Assembly: GCF_006345805.1 (NCBI RefSeq)
Contig: NC_043002.1
Coordinates: forward strand, 48,298,001 to 48,362,000
DNA length: 64,000 bases
DNA from: Octopus sinensis
Lineage: Eukaryota
Direction: 5' to 3'
Within the stretch, counting starts at the first letter, position 1. The number at the start of each line of letters is the position of its first letter. A program made the position numbers and the translations under genes. Of this stretch, positions 12,650 through 25,450 are shown one piece after another. The notes under the pieces are model-generated. The model was given only the letters and a program-made list of their open reading frames with translations. It was not told where the DNA came from and ran no database searches.

Positions 12650-13200
12650 CCTTTCGGAGAAGCGGCTTTGGTCATTGTTTAAAAATTGAATTGTGTCCCT
12701 GTTTGGGGAAATTGACAATATTTTTACCATCTTTACGGAAGCGTTTTTGTTAAGATGCCTTCGATAGAAGAAAGTTCAAAAATGAATTTCGCTGCAGTCG
12801 TACACTTTTATACAAGAGGGAGGACAAGATCCAATTGATCGAAATTGCAAGAGACGGGCCTACAATTCCAGTCTGTTATATATTTTGAGTATTGTTATCA
12901 CTAACTTGGACCCCACCTGTACATACTCTCAGGAATGAATAATGATTCATTCCTGAGAGTATGAGACCTTCGGGCCATTTGACGTTGGGGAAGTTGAAAT
13001 CACCCATAAGAAATATGGTCAGGTGGCGTTCCAGATTCATGAGGATTTCTTTAATTCTTGTGAGGCAATCTTCAAACTTGCCTATGTGATTTGGAGCAGA
13101 AAGAAGTCCGGCGTGAGAGATGTCATCGCAGAGTATACACGCAGCAAGTATCATGAACTGCATTAGCTTACAACTGTTCTGCTATAGGATGCAATGTACT
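12650..13200 (-). pseudogene. LINE apurinic endonuclease fragment
   Basis: ORF 12876-13163 contains IFLMGDFNFPNVKW, the GDFN motif of non-LTR APE domains. Confidence 0.7.
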
Positions 13201-14033
13201 CATAACTGAGAACTTGTGTATCACCTTACAGCTTCACCGGAGCTTCAAAAAAGAAGTGCAATTTACATGGGAAAGCATTTACACACACAGACACACACAC
13301 ACATGTATTATATATATATATGCATAAACATATGTAGGAAATGAAGGTGTTTGAGGGGTAGAAGCCTCTTGCAGAAAATAGTAGATCAAGTTAAAATTTT
13401 ATGTGCAAATATGTGTGTGTGAATTTAAAGATAGGCATATGAAGAACCCCCAATGTAAAGAAGCAAAAAAGAATACATAAAACTCTAGCTGGGAATGGAA
13501 ATAAATATAAAGTGACAGAATCCAAGACAATGAGAAAAAGAGAAACAAAAAGCGTTTATGAGGTACATAAACATTTTCTACATAAGAATCCTTGCCGTAT
13601 TGACAATTAACAGACCGAAGAACGGATGGACTTGTTACAGATAACCCATAATACTTTTCTTACCATTATAAAATCAGGTGATAAATAAACGTTGCCGCAT
13701 CTATGTATACGCGTCCTGTTTCTCAAGCTTCTTCAGTTCAGGTCTGTGCACTGTTATATTAAGACCCTATTGGAATCAAAAACTACATTTCATGAAAAAT
13801 TATCTATCAAAGAAAAATTCATAGTCTCTTCGTAGAAGTTGTAATGTGTATATAGCAGTAAAGACGAATATCATATTAAAGAGGAATAAAACTGCAAAGT
13901 TACTTTTTATTTTCTGCAGTTTCGTTCCTTTTTGTGGCTCGCTCAAGATTAAATGTCTTTGCTGCTGGTCAATGTCCAGTTGGAGGACCTGCCGACATAT
14001 ATTTATCTGCCTTTCCTTAAAGAATAAATGTTC

Positions 14034-14376
14034 TTTTCTACTCTAGGCACAAGGCCCGAAATTTTGGGGGAGGGGGCCAGCCGGTTAAGTCAAAGTCGAC
14101 CTCGGCGGAATTTGAATTCAGAACGCAAAGACAGACGAAATACCTATTTTTTTACTACCCACAAGGGGCCAAACACAGAGAGGACAAACAAGGACAGACA
14201 AACGGATTAAGTCGATTATATCGACCCTAGTGCGTAACTGGTACTTATTTAATCGACCCCGAAAGGATGAAAGGTAAAGTCGACCTCGGCGGATTTTGAA
14301 CTCAGCACGTAGCGGCAGACGAAATACCGCTAAGCATTTCGCCAGGTGTGCTAACATTTCTGCCAGGTCACCACCT
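14034..14376 (-). mobile_element. SINE family B head-to-tail composite (two units, different tails)
   Basis: 14148-14376 unit with the ccccttgtgggtagta tail, immediately followed by a partial body ending in the ccccaaaatttcgggccttgtgcctagagtagaaa tail (14034-14147). Confidence 0.75.
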
Positions 14377-14401
14377 TTTAAAGCAGAAATGTTGATGTAC
14401 T

Positions 14402-14461
<60 letters not shown>

Positions 14462-15075
14462 AGACAGTGCATTTTAACCTGTTGCCCAAGAATGTAGAAA
14501 AGAATAGGAGAGAGCGAAAAATGAACTGAACATACACAATTTTTTCTCGATATAGAATCATGATAGAGCAAAGTACTTAGTTTTAATAATTCATTCTTTA
14601 ATATATGTACACGTACGTTTCACTGTCTTAAGATTCTGCAGTAGAGATGCGTGTCAACTCCCTATTAGCAGTCCATCGAATTGACTGAAGAATTTAGTCT
14701 GTGCGTAGATGTTGTGTATATCAATTGCAAGAATTAATCTCTTTTTCTTTGCTTTAGCTCAAGGCAGAAGGTTGAACATTTCTTTATCTGCGTCTCTCCT
14801 CCATTTGCTGCCATTTCCAACATACTCTTATGATTAAAGGCAGACAAAGAAGTGCAATCACCAACTACTGTAAATTTCGATTTACAACTGTCTGAACATT
14901 CTATCCATCTGATTTAATTCTCTCTGACTTCTATGCAACATAGCTTTGACCATTTCATACACGATGCAACAACTACGAACAGACTGTGAAGTTTTATTTA
15001 TTTATTTCTTTTGTTTTGAAATACAATGCATCTTGAAATGTAATTCTTCTTTGTATATATGTAGAAGTGATAAAT

Positions 15076-15116
<41 letters not shown>

Positions 15117-15365
15117 GAAGAGATAGAGAGAGTGGGAGAGATAGAGAGATATAGAAATCGAGAGAGAAAGAGATTCAGTTGCTCTCTCATTCCGCATTAT
15201 ATGCCAGACCTATACGGAAAGCAGTTAAAATTTACTCTATCAGCTTATTCGTTATTAAATAGGATTTGAGTATAATTCTTTACAATACTGTTACTCGAAT
15301 AATAGCATTTCTCCATTTTTATACTGTATATACGTACCTACATGCCTACATACTATATATATATA

Positions 15366-15424
<59 letters not shown>

Positions 15425-15758
15425 TCGCATACACGCGTATACACAAAAACACAATCAAATACATACTCAAACACATGCACACATACACACATATACACAC
15501 ACGTATCACATACGATCATACATACAATTGTCCTATCTGTGAAGGAGAATGGAGAAACTTAGCAACAGTCAAATTGGAATTTACTCCTGGACAAGGCACC
15601 AACGCACCGACGAGGAAAATAAAAATGGAATGAAAAGGGTACAAGAGCTTCGTGTCATCGATTTGGTAATCATATTAAATGGTACCGATCGCATCGACAT
15701 GGGGTTGAGTTATGTTATATTATACATAAATTACATAAAGTATGAAGCACTTACATTA

Positions 15759-15939
15759 TTAATGTTCCTTGTTTCTCAAAATGCATTCGCACTAAGAATT
15801 GTATTCGATCAGGGGTATACTTTAAATACGTTCGTATAGGCCTACATAGGCTATGCTGGAATTCAGTCGACACTTGGTTCTTTTTCAAATATCTCATTAT
15901 CCTCATTGATGCATCTATCATTTAATTAATTTTGAAAAT
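15759..15939. repeat. 181-bp segment duplicated at 17081-17261
   Basis: Colinear, roughly 85-90% identical by eye (ttaatgttcctt...ttaattttgaaaat). Confidence 0.85.
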
Positions 15940-16109
15940 TGCATACACTTTTCAAGATGTCGACAGGGATCGATATTTTAATGGTGACAACAATATCCTA
16001 TCAATCTCAGTACTCAATATCTTCCCTTTGAAAGCTACAATGTCACATGCTTGAACAGTTTCCACACTATACAGAATATATGTTTTGAGGTTGCAGAAAA
16101 GGAGCGATT

Positions 16110-16110
<1 letters not shown>

Positions 16111-16188
<78 letters not shown>

Positions 16189-16365
16189 ACCACTACCACC
16201 ACCACCACCACAACAACAACAACAACTACTACTACTACAACAACAACAACTACTACTACTACAATTACTACTACTACTACTGCTACTGCCGCTGCAGCTG
16301 CTGCTACTACTACCACCACCACCACTACTACTACTACTACTATTATTATTACTACTACTACTACT
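16111..16365. repeat. Compound trinucleotide microsatellite (TAC/CAC/AAC/TGC/TAT)
   Basis: Direct reading; generates poly-T/Y/S/V ORFs. Confidence 0.95.
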
Positions 16366-17786
16366 AGACATTCACATTCTCACACACACAAACACGTTCG
16401 ACGTATATGTATGTATGTGTTTATGTATGTATGTATGTATGTTTGTATGTATGTATTTTCCTGCAATTTATCATACTCTAAATGACAATGAAATGACGTA
16501 TGCAAGTGCTAAAGTCTTATTGACATGCTATTTCAGCTCACAAAACGATTTGATTTACGTTAGGAAGGTGTTCTGGTCCGTTTCATCCCAAGGTAAAGAG
16601 TGCACTGTTAGATACATTATACGACCAAAAACAAATGCAAAAAGCTGTGATTAGTATGGCAGTGACAATGCAACAGTTGATCTATTTACTGAAATGACAA
16701 ACCATACGACGAGAATAAAACTATCACAGTCACCCTGAAAGGTTGATACAAATTTGTCAGATATATGATACAGGAAGTTTGTAAATTTTGTAAAGTGAGC
16801 AAGGCTTACAGTATGAAATTTACAATCAATAAACAGTAACAATTACAATACCATTCATCTGTTTTAGATAAGGCCTTTCATTAAAACTGTCATTATCAAC
16901 ATTCATTCTACCCTTGAGAATCACTCTAAGATAAGCTGCACGTCATTCTTCAAACGCATTTGGGTTAAGTTAACAGTTACTAAAACTGCTTAAAATCATA
17001 GCCAACATTACGCGAAAATTTAAAACAAATTCTTGAAGTGGGTGTCTTTAAAAAGACAGAATACAAAGTATATCTAATTTTTAATGTTCCTTCTTTCTTA
17101 AAATTCATTCGCTCTAAGAATTGTATTCGATCACGGGTATACTTTTAACACATTCATATAGGCCTATATAGGCTATGCTGGAATTAAGTCAACACTCGAT
17201 CCTTCTTCAAATATCTCATTATCTTCATTGATGCATCTATCATTTAATTAATTTTGAAAATGATAACTGCTCTAAAAGAGCAGAGTTATCACGGCTAGAA
17301 CAGCTTTGATAACAGGTTTTTTCTTGATCAGTGCCATTATTGAACTTAGTAAAAACAACAGTTAAAGACAAGAAAATGGAGAAGAGACCAAAGTTTTGTG
17401 GGAAATACTGGGCATTGTATATTTTTTTCTCAGGAATGCAGCGAACACCAACAACCTTTATAATTTTCAGAGAGAGATTTCGTTTTCTTCTTTTTCAAAC
17501 TAATCCTCATAACAAGGTGACACGATTTTTATTGGTTTGTCTCCGGTCGTATTCGGATTTCTAAACTACACTAAGAATTGAAACTGGATCCGTTATAGAC
17601 CTACTGTATTTGCCATTCTAACTAGTATGATGTCTCCGGTATTAGAAGTATTATAATTTTGAGTTACGGAAATATGTGATACCATCTATAGCGATGAAGA
17701 TCAAAGGTGAGGAAAATAATATTTAAATAAACTATCAACAGAAGCATTTCTTCTAAAATAAACTGAATCAACAATGGAATCTCTAA

Positions 17787-17972
17787 ATCGCCTCTTGAAC
17801 TGCTAGAAATCGTTATTAAAGACCCCTCACGTCTCAAAATACTGTCATGAGATAATGGAACAAATCTCAAACACATCTCATCGCCTCTTGAACTGCTAGA
17901 AATCGTTACTAAAGACCCCTCACGTCTCAAAATACTGTCATGAGATAATGGAACGAATCTCAAACACATTTC
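17787..17972. repeat. 93-bp tandem duplication (2 copies)
   Basis: atcgcctcttgaactgctagaaatcgtt...ctcaaacacat starts at 17787 and 17880, differing by a few substitutions. Confidence 0.9.
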
Positions 17973-18150
17973 ATCACCTCCTTTCCGCCTCTCTCAGCCC
18001 CCACGTCTCTGCACCATATACCATTGTCTGCGCAATCACGTCCTCATGCACACCCCTTTTCGCTTCTCCTCTCACACACTCTTCCAAACTCTGCCACCAG
18101 TCTCCCCAGATGCTGTTCCGAATCCGCCACCAGCGCTGTATAATCATCAA
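17960..18150 (-). pseudogene. RTE-clade LINE RT fragment, internally deleted
   Basis: Minus strand TALVADSEQHLGRLVAEFGRVCERR joined by a frameshift to AKRGVHEDVIAQTMVYGAETWGLREAERR. Confidence 0.7.
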
Positions 18151-18354
18151 ACAACAAATTGAAAAATAATTACAGGATGGATGGCCACTGCATGAATACC
18201 CTTGGTCATGATTTTACTCAATAATACTGAGCGTAAGTTAAGCAATAACAACAACAATTCATCTCGAAAATACGCAACCAATTATTTATCGGTAACAAGC
18301 AGTTCCAATGTCAATCGTTAGTCTAGCTCTGGAAAAGACATATCAGACACTCAA

Positions 18355-18394
<40 letters not shown>

Positions 18395-18402
18395 ACAAAT
18401 AT

Positions 18403-18433
<31 letters not shown>

Positions 18434-19414
18434 TACACACACACACTAACACGCTCGCGCGAGCGCATGTGTGTATGGTACTAAGACGATTGAAGACAAA
18501 CCTATTAGGACGATATATTTCTATCTGTAACGAACATCAAAGATGAGGAAAATAGACCGAAAGTTCTCAAACAAATAATCATATGATGCAACCTTTCACA
18601 TAATATACAATCCAACACCGACCTTAAACAAAAGGTCAGTGTTGTTCGTATCAATAAAAGTTAGTAACAATAGAAGCGTCTGCCTATGATGGCAGACACT
18701 TTCAATGATAAGAACCAATGAAGTTTATATAAAAATATATTAACAATTATATATAACGAAGGAGCATCCCGCTGAGGTCGAGTATGTCTTTCATCCTTCG
18801 GGTTAGAAAAAATAAATATTAGTTGAGCACTGGGTTGATATCAGCGACTAGTCACCTTCCCCAATACTTCAGGCCTTGCGTTTATAGTAGAAAAGGTATA
18901 TAATAAAGGCGCCATTGCTTGACCGCTTGATTTGCTACAAATAGCAGCTAAGTCTCCATCAAATCACACTCTAGAGCTTAAAAATTGCGAGGAACACATT
19001 TGCTAATATAGATCTAGGTACGAATCACCCGAATGAAAAGCATTGTTGATTATAAATATATTCTGTCGAAACTGACCTTGAACTAAATTCGTACATGTTA
19101 TTGATAGACGAAATATATCTCCCCCGCCCCACAAAACAACTTATAATTGATAAACCAAAAATAATCAAAATTAACTAAGACCAGCACTCCGTTATAAATG
19201 ACTGACGTTACACATATGAACGGTCAACTAATCACCATAGTTGTTTCGATTCCTATCTATCTTTCATATTAAATTTGGATCACTAGCATGCACTCACATT
19301 ACTGCACGAGACCATGGAGTGAAAATTAAATACATACTGCCTTACACACGCTTAGAAATGCACGCACACACGCACTCTCACACACACAAACACACATGTA
19401 TACGTGTGTGTGTA

Positions 19415-19690
19415 TATATGCGCCCTTTTTAAGCCTAGCCAAGTTCATGAGCCTGGTTTCCCGGTTTCTGTAGCGTATGTGTCTCCCCAGCTGGAAGGGA
19501 CGCCAGTCCATCGCAGCGTTACTCAAGAAACAAGAAGAGCGAGTGAGAGAAAGTTGGTTTCGCCACCACCCTCTGCCGGAGCCTCGTGGAGCTTTAGGTA
19601 TTTACGCTCAATAAACACAAACAATGACCGGTCTGGGAATCGAAACCGCGTTCCTCCGGACGCTGCCCTAACCACTGGGCCATTGCGCCT
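19415..19690 (-). mobile_element. tRNA(Arg-like)-derived SINE, family C
   Basis: Head ggcgcaatggcccagtggttagggcagcg...gcggtttcgattcccagac with A and B boxes; homologous to 20296-20582 and 46976-47186. Confidence 0.85.
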
Positions 19691-19693
19691 CCA

Positions 19694-19724
<31 letters not shown>

Positions 19725-19836
19725 GGCCTGTTCGCTTAACCAGCGTGGTGGCGTCATTTGGAGGCTAAAACAATGCGTAGCGCATTGTGACCAGCGATGT
19801 GTAGCAACATCTGATGGCGTGATCGGTCACGTGATT

Positions 19837-19913
<77 letters not shown>

Positions 19914-20295
19914 CAGAAGGAAGATGAGAGAGAAATAGAATCGATGTATAGATTTGTTGACATATAGTCTTTGTATGATAATTCATATCGTTGTATTTGC
20001 ATATGTGCACACCAACATTAGTTGTTATATTCATGACAATCTGAGTTACTTTTGCTATTTGGTTAGATGTTTCGTTGTGTCTTAATTTTCTAATATTTTG
20101 TGCATGACTCTATGCTAAATGTACAAGAGTTTTCTTTGATGTGTCAAACAAATTGAAATGGCTTTTAACGTAATTACAAACACACACATACACACACACA
20201 CACACACACAAATATATATAAATATGTATATATATGTGAGTATCTGTGTGTGTATATATGTATGCATATATATATATATATATATTTTTTTTAAT

Positions 20296-20582
20296 GCGCC
20301 CTTTTTCAAGCCTAGCCAGGCTAATGGGCCTGGTTTCCCGGTTTCTGTGGCGTATGCGTTCCCCCTAGCTGGACGGGACGCCAGTTCATCGCAGCGTTAC
20401 TCAAGAAACAGGAAGAAAGTTGGGGCGAAAGAGTACACCAGGGGAGGCCACCACCTTCTGCCGGAGCCTCTTGGAGCTTTAGGCGTTATCGCTTAATAAA
20501 CACACACAACGCCCAGTCTGGGAATCGAAACTGTGATCCTCCGACCGCGAGTCCACTGCCCTAACCACTGGGCCATTGCGCT
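20296..20582 (-). mobile_element. SINE family C
   Basis: Same head and body as 19415-19690. Confidence 0.85.
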
Positions 20583-20593
20583 TTCACACACAT

Positions 20594-20628
<35 letters not shown>

Positions 20629-20629
20629 C

Positions 20630-21190
20630 ACCTAGGCCTATTCCCTATTTTTTTTAGGAGGAGGTAGCCACAAGACAGACATCAGGGTTTCCATTCATTT
20701 CCCAGCTCACAGAGGCGAGCCACGTCTATGCTCAGGTCAAGGCATAGAATGCAATCCTCAATATCAGCAGCGGGGCCCGACAGCATATGCTAGTTTACCC
20801 CCACTGCGTCATGTTAGTTCCGTACCCCTTTGAGCAACATCAATTTCACTCTTCCGTCCACAAACTCTCCAATATTTCCTATCATTTATATACTATCTTG
20901 CCTCTCTCACTCCTACACCTCTAACCACCAAAACTTTCCTCATTTCATCTACCGACATAAACCAAGATCTGCCTCTGGTTCTGCTGCCTACCACTTCTGC
21001 CTTTATCACCTTCCTTACCATCGGCTCCCCATCCATTCTCTCCATGTGGCTAAACCTCATCAACATTCGTCTATCCATTTTGGTTGTTAGTTTTTCTCTT
21101 ATTCCTGCTCGCGTTCGCACCTCCTCATTCCTCATCCTGTTCATCCGTATCACACCAACCATAACCCTCAAACATCTCATCGTACACAAT
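20630..21190 (-). mobile_element. RTE LINE 3' end (ORF2 C-terminus and probable 3' UTR)
   Basis: MRCLRVMVGVIRMNRMRNEEVR...HMERMDG...KVIKAEVVGSRTRGR matches the RTE C-terminus; the 20630-20890 UTR assignment is inferred. Confidence 0.75.
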
Positions 21191-21934
21191 GTTCCGTGTT
21201 TTCCCGTTCTTTGGCGAAGGCAAAAAGATTCATCTTGCTTCCCACTCTTGAACAGCCAAACATACAGTTGTCCGTGTGAAAAACATGATTCTTCCAAAAG
21301 AAGGCCAACCTCAGATAGGGTTTGGCCTTGGGATGTTTTGATGTACATCACAAAGCTGACACGGATTGGGAATTGGAGTCTCTGAAATGAAAAGGGTATG
21401 TCCGTTCCTCTTGGAATAAATACGTCGTCCCCTTGTCCTCATCCCGTTAAAATGATCGCTTCGATGACACGGGGTAGATTTTTTTTACAACCAGTCGTGT
21501 GCCATTACAGAATTGCTGTGGTTCCAGATATCTAACCAGCATTATCGGAGTTCCTTCCTTGAGGTCTCAATGCATGTGTAGACCGTGGATTTACATATAT
21601 ATATTCGATTTGTTCTATCTCTCAAAGAGGGTACTCTAAATCCATGTATAAGTTTGCAACCTGTGGCCGAGAGCCTAATACATGTTCATTTCAAATTTGA
21701 GCAAGCTTGGGTGTATGGTTCCAGAGATAAGCGAGATAAGCCCAGAAATGCCTTTTTTTGACTCGGTTTTTCCCGTTCTGTGTTCAAAGTAAACAAAATT
21801 TGAAAAATCGATATACCAGGTAAACAATCTTGGACTAAAATACGTATGAGTCAAATTTGGTGAAAATCGAACAAACGGTGTTGACGTGATGCGCAAGCCC
21901 ACATGCAAACACACACAGAGGCAGACAACCTCCG

Positions 21935-21935
<1 letters not shown>
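21190..21935 (-). mobile_element. Internally deleted Helitron with Pif1-helicase C-terminal fragment
   Basis: Minus strand LKEGTPIMLVRYLEPQQFCNGTRLVV...FQRLQFPIRVSFVMYIKTSQGQTLSEVGLLLEESCFSHGQLYV is the Helitron RepHel helicase C-terminal region; a noncoding 5' part runs up to the (TA)n at ~21935. Confidence 0.85.
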
Positions 21936-21996
<61 letters not shown>

Positions 21997-22203
21997 TGTT
22001 TTTTTAAATTTTGAAAAGCCAACAGAATGCAAATTAAAAGATAGAAGATAATGGTCTGTAGATGTATATTTTATTTCAATATTCCTGTTAAGACCCTTCC
22101 CTGGGCAAATTTTCGCATATTTTATATCGTCAATTGCCTTTTCTGCTCTGCAATGTGTGTATGTGTGTGCGTGCGTGCGTGCGTGCGTGCGTGCGTGTGT
22201 GTG

Positions 22204-22237
<34 letters not shown>

Positions 22238-22240
22238 GAA

Positions 22241-22404
22241 GTTTCTCATTTTTTATCGTTTATATATAAAATGAGCGGTTGTTTTCTATCGACGAAACAT
22301 AATATCAACATTGCAAATCAGACGTCAACAACCGTTTAGAGTTACATGCTGAACTTTAGAAAGCTTTTACACATTTGCACTGTTGTACTGTTGCATATAG
22401 AAAT
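22241..22404. repeat. ~165-bp dispersed repeat (second copy 40141-40304)
   Basis: gtttctcatt...catatagaaat; both copies directly follow (GT)n tracts. Confidence 0.85.
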
Positions 22405-23799
22405 GCGTGTGTGTGTGTTTGTGTGGAGGACTGTTTTACCTGTGCTGGATAACATTGATATAACAGCCAGTCAGCTGAGTGTTGCTCGATTCAGTTATTA
22501 ATGCATGGTCTTCTGTTCTTATGTTCCTGTGTCTTATTCTATGTGTTATTGGAGGATCTGAGTGTTTTGAGTGTGACAAATGTTTGTTTTTTTCGGTGGA
22601 GAAAAAGCTCCTACTCTTGGCCCGGACTGGTTAAGGACAGTAGATATATATATTGATGTATTTCTTTAGTTTTCACATATAAACATTTCTTCTGAAAATC
22701 GATATTGATTCATTTATGTAATGTATTCTCTGTTTGAACTGTTAGCACTGCTTGAGTAAACCCATGAAACAATCAAAGGAATAGGTAAGTCGATAAAACG
22801 ATGTGTTCGACTGACATTTCTAGCTGCTCAGTTTTTATTTAGTCTTCAAGTTTAGAACTTGATTCATAGGATTCATGTTTTAAGCGTGACACTGAGTTTG
22901 TATATGGATGCGTGGTTGTTATATTGAGTGTGTCCATTAATGATATTGAAGCTTTTCCTTAGTTTCATTGGATAAACATTTACAGTAGCAAAGTTCATTA
23001 GTCACTACTATAAGAACTGGATATGATATTGGAAAAAGAGAAACTGTCCAGATAGAAAATGAACAAAATATTTAAAGTACATAATAAATACGATTATCAT
23101 TTTTGTTTTAGATTGCCAACTTTGTCAGTGGCATGGCGAATATGAGCATAGCTACTCCCACTTTTGAAACCGAGATTTCTAGTTCATATTATGAGCAGGA
23201 ATAAGATATATGGTGATGACTGGAGAGTGAACCGACTTAAAAGTAGTCATCATAAAAAAAATCTTTGCTAAAAATAAATTGACTAATCCGAAAATTACGG
23301 TCGTATTATCAATAACTCAGTTCAGATATTTATATGCTAAACATGTTTTACTATTTATCAAAGGTAGACATAGGTTTTATCAAAAATATAACCAATTTAG
23401 TTTATGCGATAAAAAAGGATGTAGCTAGGAAACAAACAATTGTCAGAGAACACGTAATAGATTATACTGTAAATTAAAGGATGTCACAATGTTTAGCATC
23501 TAATTTGTTGCCAGGGCAGCGAATGAAATATATAAATGTAGGAATAAATAACTAATCTATAATAGATTGAAATGGTGAACGATTTAAACATAGCTGTAGA
23601 CTTCAAGCAAGTAAGTTAATGAATTATATGTTGATAAGTCATTAGACCAATTAAGGTACAGAAACGTAGTGCAACAAGGAAATAAAGCTAGGATAGAAAA
23701 TAATAAAGGTCAAGGCGAACCAAACAGCTCAGGGATTTGAGATCAGACATACGTATTATTGGAGTTCTATTTTTTTTTAAATGAATATATAAAAGGGAC

Positions 23800-25450
23800 T
23801 ACGGAATAACAATTTGTTGAAAGATACAAGCAATATTTCGATGGAAACGATGAATATGAGCACATACTAAAACAATTAGTAAATTATAAAATATCATAGA
23901 TAAAATCAGAAATGAATAAGAAAATCTAAAATACTAAGTGTAACGATTGGATCATGAATGTATATGTCTGGATTAATAAGAGCAATATCAATAAACTGTT
24001 AGGTGGGAATGGATGTATTTGTAGACAGCATAAAGCAAACAAACCGCATTAACTAAGTACAGGAAACTCTCTTGAATTTAGTATTGGTTATGTAACTTGG
24101 AGAAACAAGTTGATACAGGACTGAGCTATATGAAGAAAGAAATGTCAAAATGACACGTAATCTAGTTATTGAAGACCCCAAATATACCAAAAATATTGCT
24201 TTTACATGAAAGTAGCTAATGAAATTATTTTGCAAATTATCATAGGAGCATGATAGGTGTCAAGGAATTTACAGAGAATGCTATAAAAGAAGAAAATAGT
24301 GAAAACAGAAAAATTAGACATAGGCTTAGAAATAATAACATTAATTAATTTTGAAAAAGGAATTAGATGGTGAAAAGATCGACACAATATTCAAGTGTGT
24401 TCGAAATCTTTGATTAATCAATAACTAACAAAACTCTAAGTAAGAAAAAAAACCATGAACTGGCTTGGAGTGTGATGAATGTGGTTCAGCTGAGAAACGT
24501 TCAGAGAAGAGGAATCACTAAAAGAATTCCTGAACAAGCTTTCTCAACTCTGCATGATAAGCAAATAGCAAGAAAAGCTGGAGACGGGTGGATATAAAAA
24601 AATGTGATATATTTATATAAGGAAATAAAGGTTAGAGTTGCATGAATAGATAAATAATAGAAGAAAGAGCGAAGAGAAGGGACAAGAAGAAATTGTTCTA
24701 TCTAGAGTGAATAAAAAGGATTCAGTGATGACCGTAAAACAAACCAGCAGGAGTTATATGAACTAATGCTTATCATGATAAAGATAAACACACGAAAGCA
24801 CAGTGTGTAATAGCTTTGGCAAAATAATACTATGGATGGCTGAGCTGTAACAAACGCTCCAAGATGATTTGTTTCACTCTAACATTGGGAAACAAATAGC
24901 AAAACAAGATTGTATTAGGAATTGAAAGGGGTGAAAATTAAATCAAACTTGCAGAAGCTATGCAAGGAAAACATAAACAATTCATTACCAGTAGTCTCTA
25001 TGAAAAAGAATTGTGAATATTTATCTCAAAAGCAGAAAAGTAATGTGTTTTCCTTGCAATAGTTTTGTGTGGGTCGAGAAGTGTTGATTAAATAAATTTA
25101 GTATAGCATGAAGTCAGATGAAATAAAGGGATAATTGTGGAAAATTAGAAAAAGTAACCGTATTAAGATTTTGAATATCGCTTTCAAAAGGCATTCTCTA
25201 ATTTTAGATAAAACTCACGTAAAGCACATAATAATTATTGAGAAAAATAACCAAAAAGTAAACAAGACAATGTTAAAAGATTCCAACAACTAGCATTTGG
25301 TTGCGTAAGAAAAAAATAGGAACAGTGTGAAGATTCCATAAAAAAGAGAGAGAACAGTCAGACAGTTGTGTCAAAGAGTCAGTCGTGACTGGTTGCTATG
25401 TCAGAGGAATAACTAAAGTTGACTGATATGAGAGCAAGTTAATTATGGAA
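23800..25450 (-). pseudogene. Highly degenerate CR1/Jockey-like LINE
   Basis: Minus strand HGFFSYL...ISNTLEYC (cf. IRP.LEYC motif) near 24380-24460; boundaries uncertain. Confidence 0.5.

Noticed and set aside
16085-16654. 189-aa poly-Thr/Pro/Gln/Leu mucin-like ORF
   Set aside because: It is driven by the compound triplet repeat; overlapping frames on both strands are also open, and the unique tail has no recognisable domain.
19600-19690. tRNA-like sequences (also 20510-20582, 47110-47186 and family A/B heads)
   Set aside because: They have A/B boxes but no complete cloverleaf acceptor stem and continue into SINE bodies; these are SINE heads, not tRNA genes.
22746-22784. Exon-like segment with a perfect AG|GTAAGT donor (similar cases at 18177-18233 and 57926-57985)
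   Set aside because: Stops occur in all frames; they could be non-coding exons, but nothing else supports them.
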